Assembly: GCF_964204645.1 (NCBI RefSeq)
Contig: NC_134026.1
Span: 21,052,150-21,116,149 of the forward strand
Reading direction: 5' to 3'
From: Tubulanus polymorphus
Taxonomy: Eukaryota > Animalia > Nemertea
DNA: 64,000 bases
Below the pieces are notes generated by a model, which was not told where the DNA came from, searched no databases, and saw only the letters and a list, made by a program, of their open reading frames with translations. Of this stretch, positions 24,701 through 39,700 are shown one piece after another. A program made the translations under genes and the position numbers. The number at the start of each line of letters is the position of its first letter. Position 1 is the first letter of the stretch.

Positions 24701-27700
24701 GTTATCTTAGTTGTGTGGCTAGTAGCCTGTGACTACCTCGTCGTTATTCTGGAAGTGAGACGATTCTGATAGAAATCTTTTCTGTTTCTCATCAGTAAAG
24801 TGAAAGGTGGCTCTAATCGCCTGATGCCGCGAACGTTCAGCGACGCGATGAAGAATAAAAAACCGCGCATGCGCCACCTATCTGACGATTATCACGGTTT
24901 CGTCGATAAGACATCGAGGTCCAGTAGCTCCTATACGATATCGATACCTAATCTGTCGGCCACGACTAAAGAAACGATCTCCAACTCATTAGAAAGTATG
25001 TATCTTCTGAAATTAAGACTTGTATTTAACCGGGGAGGCTTAGCCAAAATGAAGAGATTTCTTTTGTCAATGATATTTGTCTATTTGTTTAAGTCTATCT
25101 CGTAGAGAGTTCCATAAGTAACAATTTGGTAGATATATCATCAGGTTCTGTTGGGCAATACACGGTTTATAGAAATTGTTGCCCCAATCGTTTTGAGCAT
25201 ATAGCAAACTTCAGTTATGTGGAAGTATTTACTACACTGTTACTTATGGAACTCTCAACAATGTGCATTTAACAAATAGACGAATATCATCGACAAAAAA
25301 ATCTCTTCATTCTGATCGCCTGTTAGGAGATATGTTCAAATGAAGCAAAAAGGTTTAACCAAGCCCATGAAAACGTTTGCGAGACTTTATTAGAAGAGCC
25401 ACATTCCTTCCGCTAGCATTTGCTGCTAGTTTATAAAGCATTTTTCTATATACGGGGTGATGCTTTCATTTTTCAGATCATCGAGTGTCGAGTCATGAAT
25501 CACTTGATTCAGCGGCTAGTGAAGATTCGTTCGGTGTACGGTTCGTAGTCGGCAGCGACAGTTCGGTCGGCGGGCACTTCATCGCGCAGGCGCAAAAAGA
25601 GATGCGGCCTCACCGAGCGCTGATCAACCCGTTCGCGCCGATGAGAATGAATTTCAAAATGACGTCGAATCGTCGCCGGTGGATACATGCGTTTCCTGTC
25701 GGTGAGTTTAAAAAGATATATTTCACAATAAATAGATCAGATAGGCAGGGTCCCTACGACTACTTGATTCCTTAAAAATTCCTTCAAAACAGAAAATGCT
25801 TGAGGTGCTTGAAACTCCTTTGAATTGAACAAAATGCCCAAAAAACTCCTTTAAAACTCCTTCAATTTTGAGAAATAGGCCAGAATCAGGATTTGTTTTA
25901 CCCACTTAGGCAGTAACAAAATTAGAAACCAAGTTCAGCACCACTGAATTGATGGTTTACCGAGATAAGCAGTGCTGATTTAAGAGGAATCCACAGTAAT
26001 TGGGATATGAAAGTTATGTGCAGACACTCCTCGAAATCTGAAATTTTCTCCTTTATAACTCCTTTATCCAGAAATGACTGATACTGATCTGTAGGGGCCC
26101 TGAGAGGGGCCCAATTGCTCAAAGGTTGACTTTTTAAGTTTACAGTGATTTAGGATAAGTGATTTAGGGAGGATTTAAACTACTTTGTCACCATGGTAGA
26201 TACGTTTTTATCTGATCACCCGTAGGTCCACAGGGGACAGCCATTCAACCACATCACCGACAAGACAAGAAAGATTTACAGTCTTCGAACCTGGCCATTT
26301 CGGTACCAACCAAAGAAGTTGTACAGGTATTCAAAATCAAATAGTCCACTTATTTTCACAATTCATGAATTGTTCATGGATCTTTCTCTTCATTTAGGCG
26401 GCCCAGTTGGCTGTAGAGGCCAGAAAGCAAAGGTCCAGACAAGAAAGTACAGATATTGACCCAAGGTAAAGCTTTTTCAATGGACACGTCGTAATGTAAC
26501 CCTTATACATAGTAAAAAACCATTATTTTAATGTCAATTGACTTGAGTTAACTACACATTAGATTTATCCAACAAAAAACCTAGTTACTATTGCTGAGGA
26601 ATCAATGAGAGATCATAGAAATGATTTCTGGGCCCAGCTGGCTGCATGACTTGAGTAAAAGATTCTACATGATTAGATTGGCTTTCACTATGAGAACCGA
26701 AATAGGCTTAAAGTGTTGCTAAATCTGGGTCCAGTTACTCAGTCAAGTCTAAATTGAACACCAGTATTTTGCTCCTTAGCCAATCTAAAGACTTAAGATC
26801 CTTAGAGAGTTTAACGCGCTATTAGACTTATATCACAACTAGACTGTGCAATGTACCGGTCTATCAAACAAACTGCAGAGCTTTGATAAGCTGTGAGGTT
26901 TTTTTGTTTTTCGACCAGAACTCGGTCTCCAACTTTGACGCGTTGCAATAGCAGTTCTTCGACGTTGACGGCTCTTGGAATGAATATGAGTTCATCGGCT
27001 GCTACTGTGAATAGTGGTCCTCGCGCCAGTATACCGAACGTTGAAAGTGCAACTAGCCTCAGCAGTATGACGCAGACATATTCAGACACACGTAAGTTTC
27101 GATGAATCAAACATCGGCATGGCTACTACAACTATCATATTTCTTTCCTTCTTACGAATATTGCCCATGTTAGTCAATCCTCCCCCACCAGGGATTGGAA
27201 CCTGGTGGCATCGAGACTCGCCACCATACAAAACCCTGCCACACTAGCCCAAGTGCGCAGGTACATGCACAGCTTAGATGATGTCATTATTAGCCGATCA
27301 GAAATCCTGTTATATTTTAGCCCGGGTTTTTCCATGTAGAGTTTATCCATGAAATTTGCCTCAACGATTATACGACAACCGATCTGATTGGTGCCGCAAG
27401 TTTTCGTGTGGCAAACCTGCGCACCCGGTCTAGTGTGTCAGGGTTTCGTGTCGTGGCTGAGTCTAGCGATGCCATCAGGTTGGAATTCTTTTCGAGGAAG
27501 GATGATGTTAGTCCTGAGGGTCATATGCGAGCCTAACTTTTGCAGTGTCCTTTTAAATGAGGTTCCATTTTCAACGCCTAGATCGATCTTCAACAGCCAA
27601 TTTAATCGGACTATCAATAACCAGTATGACCAAAACTGCATTGCCATGAATTTAGAAAGAAGGAGACCACTTAGCTACTTTGAAAAGTGTTTATTATGCT

Positions 27701-30700
27701 TTCTTTGGGTCCTAGGCACTGATTCACTTTTAACTTCTGACCATGAATTTGTTTGAAATGTTAATTCATATTTTCGTATTAGGACGATTAGCCATCCCCG
27801 AATGCTGTGCGCCTTTGCAACAGCCTTCGTATACTAGCGTGCAAAAGAGGAGTAGTAAGTCAGTGTGTATACCCGGGGTGTGTCTCAAAATTGTTTTATG
27901 TAGATTTTCGAATGATATGTTGAATCGAAACATTGAAATTGAATGAAAAAATAATGTGATCCATCAGTTCGAAATTTTAAAGGAATAAAATACTTTTAAT
28001 ATAAAGGGAGAGCAAGCAATATAATTTTCTGTGTAGAAGTGAATCAATTTCCCTTTGACCGAAATCTTTTTATCACACATATGTATTATCTATTCCACCT
28101 CAGACAGTGTTATACCCAGTATGTTAAAATACAGTATAATCTGCTAAATGGGGTTCGTTTTCATCCTATAGGCTGCTTGCATTTGAATAAGCCGGGGTGT
28201 AGATTATAACCTACTTTTAATATGGATTTTATATGGGTTCTGGGGCGCGTCTGTTGCGAGACCCTTATTTTCATACTGTGTGTCTGTCTTTCAACAATTT
28301 AGCTTAGTTAATAGTGGGTCGATCTAGATGAAACTTTGTGCGAGTATGGGGGTCTAGTTGCGCAGGGCAAAGAATGGGCCCAGTGCGCCGCCTAGTGGCA
28401 GAACTAGGCAATAAAAACAGGTTTTAAGCCACATGACCTTGAATATGACATCATAACTGAGGAATGGTGTCGAAATACAAAAATGTGTCTAGACAAAATT
28501 TAGTTTTTGGCCCTAGATACAACATCCAATGGGGACAAAAGCATGGTAATTTCGGAGTTTGAGCTTGAGCCCGAGAACTGTTGTCGCTTGTGGATTGTTT
28601 AGATTAGTTTCATCAGTTCAAAATCATCCGGATTAAGCAGGTTCTACTGGTTTACCCCACCAACCGTGTATGTATTCATTCCCTTCTATTCCATACCTTT
28701 AATGTGGTCATTTTACTCGACGATCTGATTTTTAGCTATGATTATCGCTGATCGGCAAAATGAAATAGTAGGTATATGTACTGTATTTGAAAATGAAGTA
28801 CAAAATGAAAAAAAAAACAATTAAAGTGTTTACAGGTTTCATCGTGCATTGTGACGTCAGCAACATCCCCGATACCACGTATTTGAATAAAGACCCGTTT
28901 TTATACAGAATCGATGATGGTGAAAATATGTGTGACTTCTATTTTAGATTCGTTCAGCAACGCGAGCATCGGATTGATCAAGCAGGATAGTGATGCATGT
29001 AAGATTCATTGTAAATGTTTCACCAGTTCCACGGTTGTGGGTGAAATTTGACTCTTAAGATCTGAAAACGAATGTCTCTAAGTCTCTATTATTTAGAGTG
29101 TCTACAACACTGAAGGCCGATGAAGTTAGTCTCTGAGTTATGAGATAAATTTTACCTCAGAGTAAAGAATTGCTTCGTTTACCGCATTCAAATGTTCACC
29201 CGCAACTACGGCGCTCGGTTCTGCTTAAAGAGCTGTAAAAAAATTGTAGCAACTGAGATGAATCTTTCGTTATCAATGGCTATAGGGCTCATTTGGTTGA
29301 ATTGTGTGGTAGAAAGCTTTGAAATTTTGTCGTTTATTTACTACTTCTTACGAGGTGTGTTAGCTTTATCTATCAGTTGGAAGCTTGTCAACATCTTTGA
29401 ACATTATCTCATTATTGTAGATATTTCATTAGTATTTCTGTTGTTGTAAATTTCTGTAAAACGGCTGAAAAGCATGGTCACTACTTGTAATACTCCTCAT
29501 TCGAAGCCGGTCTTATGTTTGCGTTTCCTTGTTGCTTCGTTGCAATTTCATTGGTTCGATGCCAACACTATAACAATCCAGTTCCACGCTTCTGGAATCA
29601 GTCTATTTCACAAAATATTCAAGTTTTGATCCGAGATTTTAGAGAGCTTGGTCCGATTTCACAATTCGAGTGCCGAAAATCTTATAAAAGATAAAAGCCG
29701 CGATAAAAGATAAAATCACACAACCATTTTTGGCCTCTGCCTGATCCGTGCAAATTTGGCCTGGGTTGAATCGTCTTCGCGCGATCGTGGCTAACATCTA
29801 TCTAATGACAGCGAAGCAATGGAATTTCACCGTTAAAAGATTTGTACCATTCTACATGTAAAGCAGGCTCCACTTGATGAATTTTTTGGAGATCCTCTAT
29901 GCTAATCTCGGTTTCATTTCATCGGATTTGCTCATTTGTAGCGACGTCCAATTATCTGCGTTATAGGATCATGTTAGACGATATCGTTTATTTCAGATCT
30001 GGTCGGACAGAGTTGCTTTTTCATACCTCCTCACGACGAGGAGTTGTTAAAGCCCAACGAGGGTCAGTCTCAGAATCATTTTCAAGGCATGAATTTCGTC
30101 GATTAAACAAAACGGAAATCGTGTCGCGAACACTTTTTCGTGTGCATGTTTTCTATTCTGTAAAAAATCTAATTCTGAAATATTCGAATTTTGCCAGAAA
30201 ATTCAGCAAACATCGTTATTATGTCAGACTTTCCCCTGGTTTATGGTCTCATATCTATTTTCATGATTCCCATTTCTCATTTTCAAATCACTATTTTAGA
30301 ATCTTTTTTTTCTAATCAAAATGAAAACCGAATAGCTTCATAACTTATTATATAATACATCTTATGTGCAGTTGATACTCGATTATCCACCACCCTTGGT
30401 CGTCCGCCTTTACTTTAAAATACCTGATTACGTAAACTTAGTTCTTTGTTATTGATTATATTCGGTTTTCCGCCACCCTTCATTGCATTGCATTTGCCAA
30501 CAAAGCACTGGTCCAAACAGTGGCGGATAGTCGAGAATTGACTGCGTAGCTTGATGCCGCAATTGCATTGTTGATAGTCGAGGAGATACACGATATGAGA
30601 TGAATATGTGAGAGAAATCCCGCAAAAATCATCTACCATACAATAATATTTACCATCAAACAAGGCCATAGGTCTTTAAACAGACAGCCTATTAGAATTG

Positions 30701-33700
30701 AGATAGCATATAAACCTTCTACTCGAGAACTTCATCATCTTTGGACATATCTGAGCATCTTTGGCTGAATTATTGCGCGATTTATCTCGTATATTCATCG
30801 TGGATGTTTTCGAAGTACCGTGGTAAGATATTATCGGTCGAATCTCCGAATTAAAAGTACATAACTACAAAACTAATACTGGTTACGATAATTTTGTCGT
30901 GAAACATATGCCGTAAGTAAGCTTAAACTTTAACGAAAACGTCTGTGTCAACAAAAGGTTGAAGTTCTGCATCAAAATGTTTTTGGTCTCGTGTATACAC
31001 GTGCGGTATTTTGATATAGTTCCAAACAACTACTTTCGAACGATCTTCAATTACAACGTTTTCTATGACTAGGTTGGCGATGCTCATCCGCCAATATTTG
31101 TCAGAAATCTGAGAACGAAGTATTCTCAAACATCGATCTCTTTATGCTTTGCTTTTAGATCATCGTGACAGTGTTAGCAGTTTGTCTGGTATCAACTCTA
31201 GTTCGGGAAATCTGGACAATGTTACTAGTAATGGATGTAAGCAGCTTTTTCACTAAATTTCTCTCTAAAAACACAGTATCCTGTCTAACCAACAACTTAC
31301 ATACGTGTTGCAATACTTAATCATTAATTTTTTCCACTAACTAGGATAGTTTCTGGGCTACATGTTTCACAAAAACTCAGTGATGTGTGTATGGTATTAC
31401 AATGATGGCTGATTGCGGCAATTCACAAAATAAATACATGCATCATTTATATCACCTGAATGAGTGAGCTATAATGTCAAATCAATGGCTGCCAACTGTT
31501 CCAGATTTTCTCGATTTTTTTCACTTTTCGTCTGAGAAATATTGATTTGATTTGTTTGATGTGCTCAGAGTAAATAACCTTTGATCACTGAAAGTTTTCT
31601 TTCATATTCGATTGATCAATTTGGCTTGTTACTGACAGCATTTTCCAGAGGTTGGCAGCCTTGTAATAATTTCTGCATCTGAAAATGACAAAATTTGAAA
31701 ATGAGCTTTATTTTGATATGGTCGAATTCGCTATTGATAATTTTGGTCTGAATCAGCCATCATACTTGTTGCACTTTCGTTGTGATGTGATGTTAATCGT
31801 GCACGTGAGATTGAAGAATCGTAAAAATGTAGTGCGGGTCTAACTGTTTCGTAATACACATGTATCTATTCTCTCTTTACCTTTCATGTAGGCACGCCGC
31901 ATATTGAGCATACTAGTTCGGGAAGCCTTAGCCATCTCCTTCAGGCTACAGCTACTAGTAAGATAAAACCTTTCGCGTATACGATCGTTTTTTTGATTCA
32001 AAATTGATTCTTTTTATCAGTTCAGAATTGTTCCGATTATATTTCGACCAGAGATTTTTGAACGGTCTATTTTTAGTTCTCAATAGACTGGTTTTATAGA
32101 CTGGTTCTAACTTGAACTCGATTCCAATTCAAGGGCAGGTTTAGGGGGTGGATGGGGTGGAAAATTTCAATGTGCCCTCCAACAAAAAGTATGGAAAATC
32201 GTTTTTTGCTATGACAAACGAGATGAAAAATAAATCGAATTGGGCCCTAATAAGAGCCAGTGTAGCCCTTTTTGTCTTAAATTTTCTGTTGGAGGGCCAC
32301 CGAAGTTTGGTGCTTGAAGCCCCTGCATTGTCAAATCTGCCCCTTTCATCAAATTCAGTGCCCATTCAAATTTTCCCATTCTAAGTATCCTAGATCCGCC
32401 CTTGCAGTTAGTCAATAGTTAACCCCGAAGTTTAAGTTAACAATGCAATGGTATGTAAAACCAGCCTCCGTGTATGGTTACGCGCTAGTGATATGCATCA
32501 AAATATGGTTTCTGGTTGTGAAGTGGTGATTCCCCATGCAGATTATCTACATATATGAAATTTTAGTACAGTAAACTAATGAATATATGTATAATTTTGT
32601 ATGAAAATCTTTGAACTTATCTAATGTATGCATATCTCATACATGTATTTATGTATTTTCACGTCTTCAAAGATACAATATATCCGTAGTTTACTGTTAT
32701 TCGAACATGTATTTTTAAGCACAAATGGAAAGTATGAGTGGGTTTGCCTGGTTGGTAGAGGTTTTCTTAATCTGGAAAGTTGCGGTTTTAGCTTTCATGA
32801 TCATAAATTGACAGATTGCCTAGTATGAGCTTTCAACTATTAGAATGAATTGAATAAGAATTAACTTGGTAATTAGGCGAACTTCAGGTTTCATAGTTAG
32901 TCGACTAGTGATCGGAGCTAATAACCGAACCCACTATAGTTCTAGTTCGGTCGTTACATATGTCACGGTGTCAGTCATCTTGGAACTAGATCTGGTCTAC
33001 AGCTATACAGTAATTAGATTTTTTGTGGTTCGCTGGACTATAGTTCTGACTAACTAACATTCACTTTCACTCATCAATACTAATAATGTCCTCGTTTGAC
33101 CTCAGTATTGTGTTGTGTATTCCTGTCAAATTTATCTTTACGAAATAAAACTTCTATTATATTTAAAACAGTTTCACTTAGCAAATAGTTGACCAACTCC
33201 GATAACCAAAGTTCGCCCAGGTTATCCACTGATAGTGTACATAATAATTACGGTATGTCATTGCAGTAGGATAAATCAATTTGTAGTGAATGATTTGATT
33301 GTCCCTGCAGTAAAGATGTCACTCTTTCTTAATTTACAATTGTTTCCTACGCTCGACCTATATGCGATGTATATTTCTCTGCATATGATTTTACAGTCGC
33401 CTTCTATTAATATCGTTGTACGTGATGTATTTTTCCCATAGCGTCAAGTCGTGGCCGAACTCCTACTCACGGGAAACGCTTGGCTGCGATTCTGAAAGAA
33501 ATGGACGATCCGAAGGGATGTTGGCTCGGTGGCCCAACCGGTGAACAAGACTGGAGTCCTAACCTCACTACCGGTAATTGATCAAATCGCTAACTATTGT
33601 GCCGTTTTATCATATTTGTCAAGTTCAACAGTTGTTCCACAATATCATCAAGTTCCACAGTTGGGAGTTCATCTTGACTCGAGCATTACGATGAATGAAG

Positions 33701-36700
33701 GGTCGCAATGAGTTTCATTTCTACTTAAGTTCAAACTACCAGTAACTATTCTGACAAACTAAAAACTTTGTAACTGTGACTGAGAGTTAGTCCATGTCAA
33801 TTAAAGAGGGTTGTTAATATAGTTATCAGTCCAGGGATGTTAATATGCCAGATAATGTCCAGTAAAGGTCCCCAGGGATGTTACTATGCCAGATAGGCCT
33901 AATGTCCATTTAAGCTCCCTGGGGATTTGATTTTGGTTTGAATTACCAGTAGTTTAGTAGATGAGAAACTAATGAACTTGTCATTGTCATTTCAATGTAT
34001 TCAACATATTTGACTTATTCGGCTGGTTCAATGCAATTGGCTGCCAATCGGACTATTTGTGTTAATTCTGATGTATCTCTTTAATACTGGTAGGTGTTGA
34101 TTGGAAGTCAATGACAGTACCCGCTGTTCTACCAATCACTACGGATTATTTCCCGGACATGGAAGCGCTGGAGAAATATTTCGTCTATACCGAGTATAGT
34201 CTTCTACCCGATGACTACAACAGCGACAACGAGTTTTTCCAAGCGTAAGATGCCTTCGAATTCGATGCAATCGAATCGAATTTATTTTTCTTACGGTATA
34301 TGAATGAGTTATGCGAGAAGGATTTTATTTTTACCGGTTTATTTTTTTTCTAGTCAGAAACGTGGTGAAGAAGACAGTAAATACCAACACAAACCGTTAA
34401 CCACTGTGCAGGTTTTTAGGGAACTAATCGCTCAAAGACTGGCCCAGGTTCGAAGAATATTGTTAAATCAAAAGAACTGATACCTCCGATAGTAAATCCA
34501 AAATTCTAAGCCTTGTATCATCCACTGGCATGTATGTGGAAAGAGAATAAGGTTGAGGGTAGATATCATTCGCATTTGCTACTGGGTTATTTGGCTTTCA
34601 TCTTTCAGTGAATCCTTGAGAAGGTTAAGTGCTAATAACTGAATGGACTTAAGTTCGTTCAAGTTGGAAAAATTAATGAGCAGATTGCCGAATCTTCTGT
34701 ATCATAGTTTTAATTCTCGTATCAATTATATTTCAGGGTTTTCAAATGGTCATTCTACCGAAAGTATCTCATTCTTTATCGAATAGCCAATGCACGACTC
34801 TCAGCTCGAGTCCACATTTTGGCGGCAGTTTAATGAGGGCTAGGTCGAGGTCTGAGCAATCCGTAAGTTTCAACGTGTATATAGACTAAGGATCTCTAAC
34901 ATTGGAAGAATCGATACCTTGCTTTTGATGCAACCATTTGTTTCAATTTGTTTATTGGGTCAATTTCTAGGAGGAATATCTGATGAGTATCGGACGTATT
35001 TTCCACAGAATAAACTGGACTGGCCCGAAAATAACAGTAACACGATACAGACCCAGGTAAACTGGATTTTGTATGTATGGAATGTACATGCAATGTCATT
35101 TATCAAAAGGGGTAGTTATCTCTTCCAGTGCTGACTAATTGATATCCTGAAGTCCTGGAGATTTGAAAATTTCGAAAAAATTCCACCCCAATCTGTTGTA
35201 TAACGGGAATACACAACAGTACGTCTACACCCCGGTGCAGTGTATCATTAGTTATTAATACTTCTCAATGTTCGACAGGCATTGTCATCTTTCAATAGAG
35301 ATAAAAACTAATTAATTATCAATACATTGCATTGCGGTGTACTTGCAAAGTCCATCACTGATTTGTACACTGTAATGCGATGTTGATGCAGTGAAAGGTT
35401 TAAACCTTGGTTCAACATGTACTTTCTCAATGAAACCAGTTGTTAACTCCATCTTGACTGTAGAACCTAGCCCTAATATTGTTGTTCTGCGATTTTCAAT
35501 TTTTTATTTTCACTTCAATGAATAATGTCGCTTTTCAGTTTTTCAAACTGAAAGACTGAAAGTACTCTTTTTTTAAGTATGAACTTTTTTCGATGCAGGC
35601 ACATGTCTCCGCAGTTGTTCGTTCATTATCGGTACCACTTGCTCGTTCCCGATGCGATGGATTATGATATTTCTTATAGCAATTTCTGCAACGAGCGTCT
35701 GGAAAACTACAACTGGAACTACATGGACCATTACATTTGTACGCGAGGCGAAAATGACTTCGGTCTGATGGAGGTAAGACGTAATTCTAAAAGGAAACTT
35801 CAAATTGTGGAGATTTAGCATAGGCATGTACGGTACATGTAGAAAGATTAATTTGCAAAAAACTTTGATTTTAGTCGCTCAAGTACTGGAGAAGTAAATT
35901 CTACTTATTACCACAAAATAATCCGGCTACTAAGAAGATTATCGATGCCACAAATCAGTAAGACAATGTCTACATGAAACAAGTGTCATCTCAACATAGG
36001 CACGGTTTCATAAGACTGTAGTGCTACATTTGCAATTGAGGTCACTGCATAATTAGAAAAAAGTAGAAATAAACTGATTTTGACTGCTGGACCCCGTTCC
36101 AAATTGTTTTATTCAAACGGAAAATAAGTTTGTTTTCAATTCTTTAATCTAGTGTCAAATTTAACTATTTTGGCTCAGGAGTTCAATAAAACTCCATTTC
36201 TGTGCAACCGGGTCTTGAGAGTGAATTTTCAACTATGTTACTTGAAAGCTAACTATCCATGTGTTAATGATGTAAAATGAAAATGGAAAGATGAAATGTT
36301 CCCGCGTGTCAAAAGCCAGTTGAATTACCCCGAATGTGACTAAACAATGTATCGTTTGTAATTTAGGCCAGAATTTCGGTGTGACATTTATGAGGAGAGG
36401 ACTACACCCGAAAAGCAGCAACTCGTTGAGGGATTTCTGCGTTACTTGGAAGCCATTAATAAAATTCGACGTCCGGGATCCACTCGTAGACCAAAGGTAT
36501 AAACGTGTCATTATTCCTCCTCCGTTGAACTTATTTTTTCGATTGATTCGCACGTATTTGTTTTCTCTAGACATGTTTTCATACTAAATTTATTTTCTGT
36601 TAACTGTTTTTCGAAACTTTCTTGACCTTTAATTCTTTATCGTAACTTTGTCACACAATAAATGGAAGAATCTCATATGTATGAGGGGGTACCATGCTCC

Positions 36701-39700
36701 TAACACAATGGCAAGATACTTATCGCATGTACGGTTTGACTGTTCAAATAATCATCAATTACACCCTTTTCATAGTATCATAGACACTGGGTATGATATC
36801 GCCATTTCCTTTCAATTAACCTCTTGAGCACTGCTGACAGCGATAGGTGTAATGCTGTAATCTTGGAGTAATCGTTTGACTACTCCAACCTAAAATGGGT
36901 TGGGGCAAAGCAGTGCTAATGTTTTGTCTGCTTCCCGTTACAAACATAAACCTATAGTTGGCAGAAATGTCAATGTTGATCTCCTTTTAAAAAATCACTT
37001 AGGCTAGAATAAATTGATACCTTGTTTCTCTTATCTGCAGAGTTTAAAAGTTGACCCAGCTGGCCGCCTGTGTTTCCTGTACATTAATCTTTTTCTATAG
37101 AATCACAATCAAGCTAACCATAACAGACACAGCAGCTATAGAAATAAATGGATTACAAATTTTGTGTGATTTACAAAATGACCTGTCCAATAAGGAGAAA
37201 CTAGGTATCATTTTTTTTTAGCCTAAAAAGCTCTAGAGCCAGTTGTACGGAAATATTTTAACTGAAAAACAGTTTAGCGTAACGTTTATAAAGTTATTTA
37301 ACGAATAAATCAAATTGATTTGTCAGGCTTGGCCCTCTACTAATGAATTATAGTGGTCCAGTAATCAAGAGGTTAAAGCACCTTTCTTCTCTGATCTCGA
37401 TTTCTTTGATCTAAAACTTGACTTCTGATCGCTAGTAGAAAATATACAAGACACGGGACATGTGTTTGCTTTATTGTTATCATTACTGACTATCGTTATA
37501 GTATTGTAATTATTATAAATATATATGATTATATCACACAGTGAATATCCGCTTAATCGGGATCATTTGGGACCGATGAGATTGACACTGTTTATGAGAT
37601 CAAATCTGGATTAAAGCCTTGATATTTGTTTGAAATCTTACATGCTCTGCTGTATATGCGCACTGTTCAAAATCCGGATTTAACTGATTCGGATTGAGCG
37701 GGTTTGACTGTATTTGAAGAATACACGCGTCGATGCGACCAAAAAAAAAAGAAAGTATACGACAATTTCAAGCCATGTTTTTCTTTGTATATTTCTTGTC
37801 TCAGATAGCCTCAATGGGCTCGTCGTCGAGTCTTCTTAGTTTACCCGATGATGCGACCAGTCGACGACGGAGTTTCGATACGCCTCGCAAAGGGCGAAAA
37901 TTGCATTTCTCCCTGAAACGCAGAAACAGTGACCCAGAAGGCCCCTGTAGTTTGTTTCAATCCCAAGTATGAATAATTTTAGAGGTTGAAGATATATATA
38001 CATATATATCCAAATATTTCTTTTTATGTTTGCACGCTGAAAGCATTTAATCTTAATAGACTTTTGTGTCGCTTTTAAGCATTATTTTCACCACGTGACG
38101 CAGTTTGAAAACCGATCATTGTGTAATAATCATTATTCATTCGATGAAAACGTTTCCTTCATAAAGCACGACTTGCTTCTGAATAACTAATGCTTTATGA
38201 CAAACTTATTCGTGCATGTAAGCCATGCTTCCTAACAGCAACATGTAACATGTCTGAAAACATGAAGCGTTTATTTTGTACCTTTACCTTAATGTCTGTG
38301 AAATATAATCGATAAGTATTGTAAGAAAAGAATATGGTCCGAAATAATGCTTGCGGCTGCATGCTCTGAAAACTGGTTGATTGGAACAGACGTTGTAGCC
38401 GAGATATACTGGTAACTCGGTTATGTCGGAACACCAAAAATGCAATATCACCGGTTATCATTGACTTCAAAACAACTTGCCATCTGAAGATAATGTCTTG
38501 GGAGAGTTTTTTCCCTAGTTTTTAGTTTTGTTCTGTCTTTTTTGTTTGTAAACAAGACGAAGACGTCTGCCATCGCTTTGCTTCAACGAAATTGCATTCG
38601 GTCTAGTCTCCTCTCTTTCGGCTTGATTCACACGATTTATGTATCGTTTCTTAACCGCGGGTGCTAATTTTGTTTGTATACGATCTTATGTTTGTTTTCT
38701 TTTTTTTTTTAACGTATTGTACAAATCCTGTCCAGGTCGCAGTCCCGGCCATTCGGTTCGGATATGAACTTCGATAAACACCTTCATTTTTTCTCTGATT
38801 TTATGATTTTTAACTTCTGGGTCTTATTTGGACTATGTTCTTCTGCTTTTCTAAGCTTTAACACAATTATTGTTAAAAAACCATATATGCTAATTCATTT
38901 ATCAGCCATTGTTTCGGACTTATTGCAGTTAAGACTTAATGAAATTTAAGAGCGTCGTTCAATTTGAATTTCATCGAATAAGAATTTTAGAAATTATAAT
39001 TGTTGAATGTTACCGAGGTTCTGCTGGTTATTCTAGAAGCCGCCACAGACCCCTGGACAGCGCAGCCATCCGCCGTCGATCTCCTCAGCGTCGCAGGAAT
39101 CGGTTGAAACGAAATCGGAATCGCACGCGTCCGCGGACCAACATCGAGTGCGACACCCGAGCATGCCTAATCCGATTCGAGCGTCCGATATTGTTGAAAT
39201 GTCGCCGAATCAATCAATGTCATCGCTGTCATCCGCTGATCCCCCACGCAAGGTTTGTACAAGATGCGCAATGAAAAACTTAAAAGTCGATTTTTTACAA
39301 ATTTTTCTATCCAGCTCAGTTTATTGCTACGCAGCCGGGTATGTACATAAATTATCTAATCAAGGATGAACACTCAACCAAGAAAACCATGGAATCCAAG
39401 TTTAGAAAGTTTTAAGATTTATAGATTCAATCAAAAATACATAAATTATTGATGATTATTTATTATCTATGTATTTTTGATTCTATGAACTGCTATCAAC
39501 AACAAGGTCATTTGGAATGACTGATTTTATTGGAAACTCACTTAAGTTGTCATAGTTTGGATCATCATTGTGTGCCGACTTATCTAAATGACAACTTAAA
39601 CTTGGTGAATTGAATTGTAAATAAAAATAGGGATTAGAAAATAGATGACTTCTGTGATGTGATGGCGAATTAAGTGAGTTAGGCTGTAGAAAAACGCGCT

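Noticed and set aside
27175-27258. Functional tRNA gene
   Set aside because: A/B-box-like motifs are present, but there is no proper acceptor stem or 7-nt anticodon loop; it is better explained as a SINE head.
33825-33930. Degenerate ~41-46-bp tandem duplication (CCAGGGATGTTA.TATGCCAGATA)
   Set aside because: An ordinary intronic minisatellite remnant of 2-3 copies.
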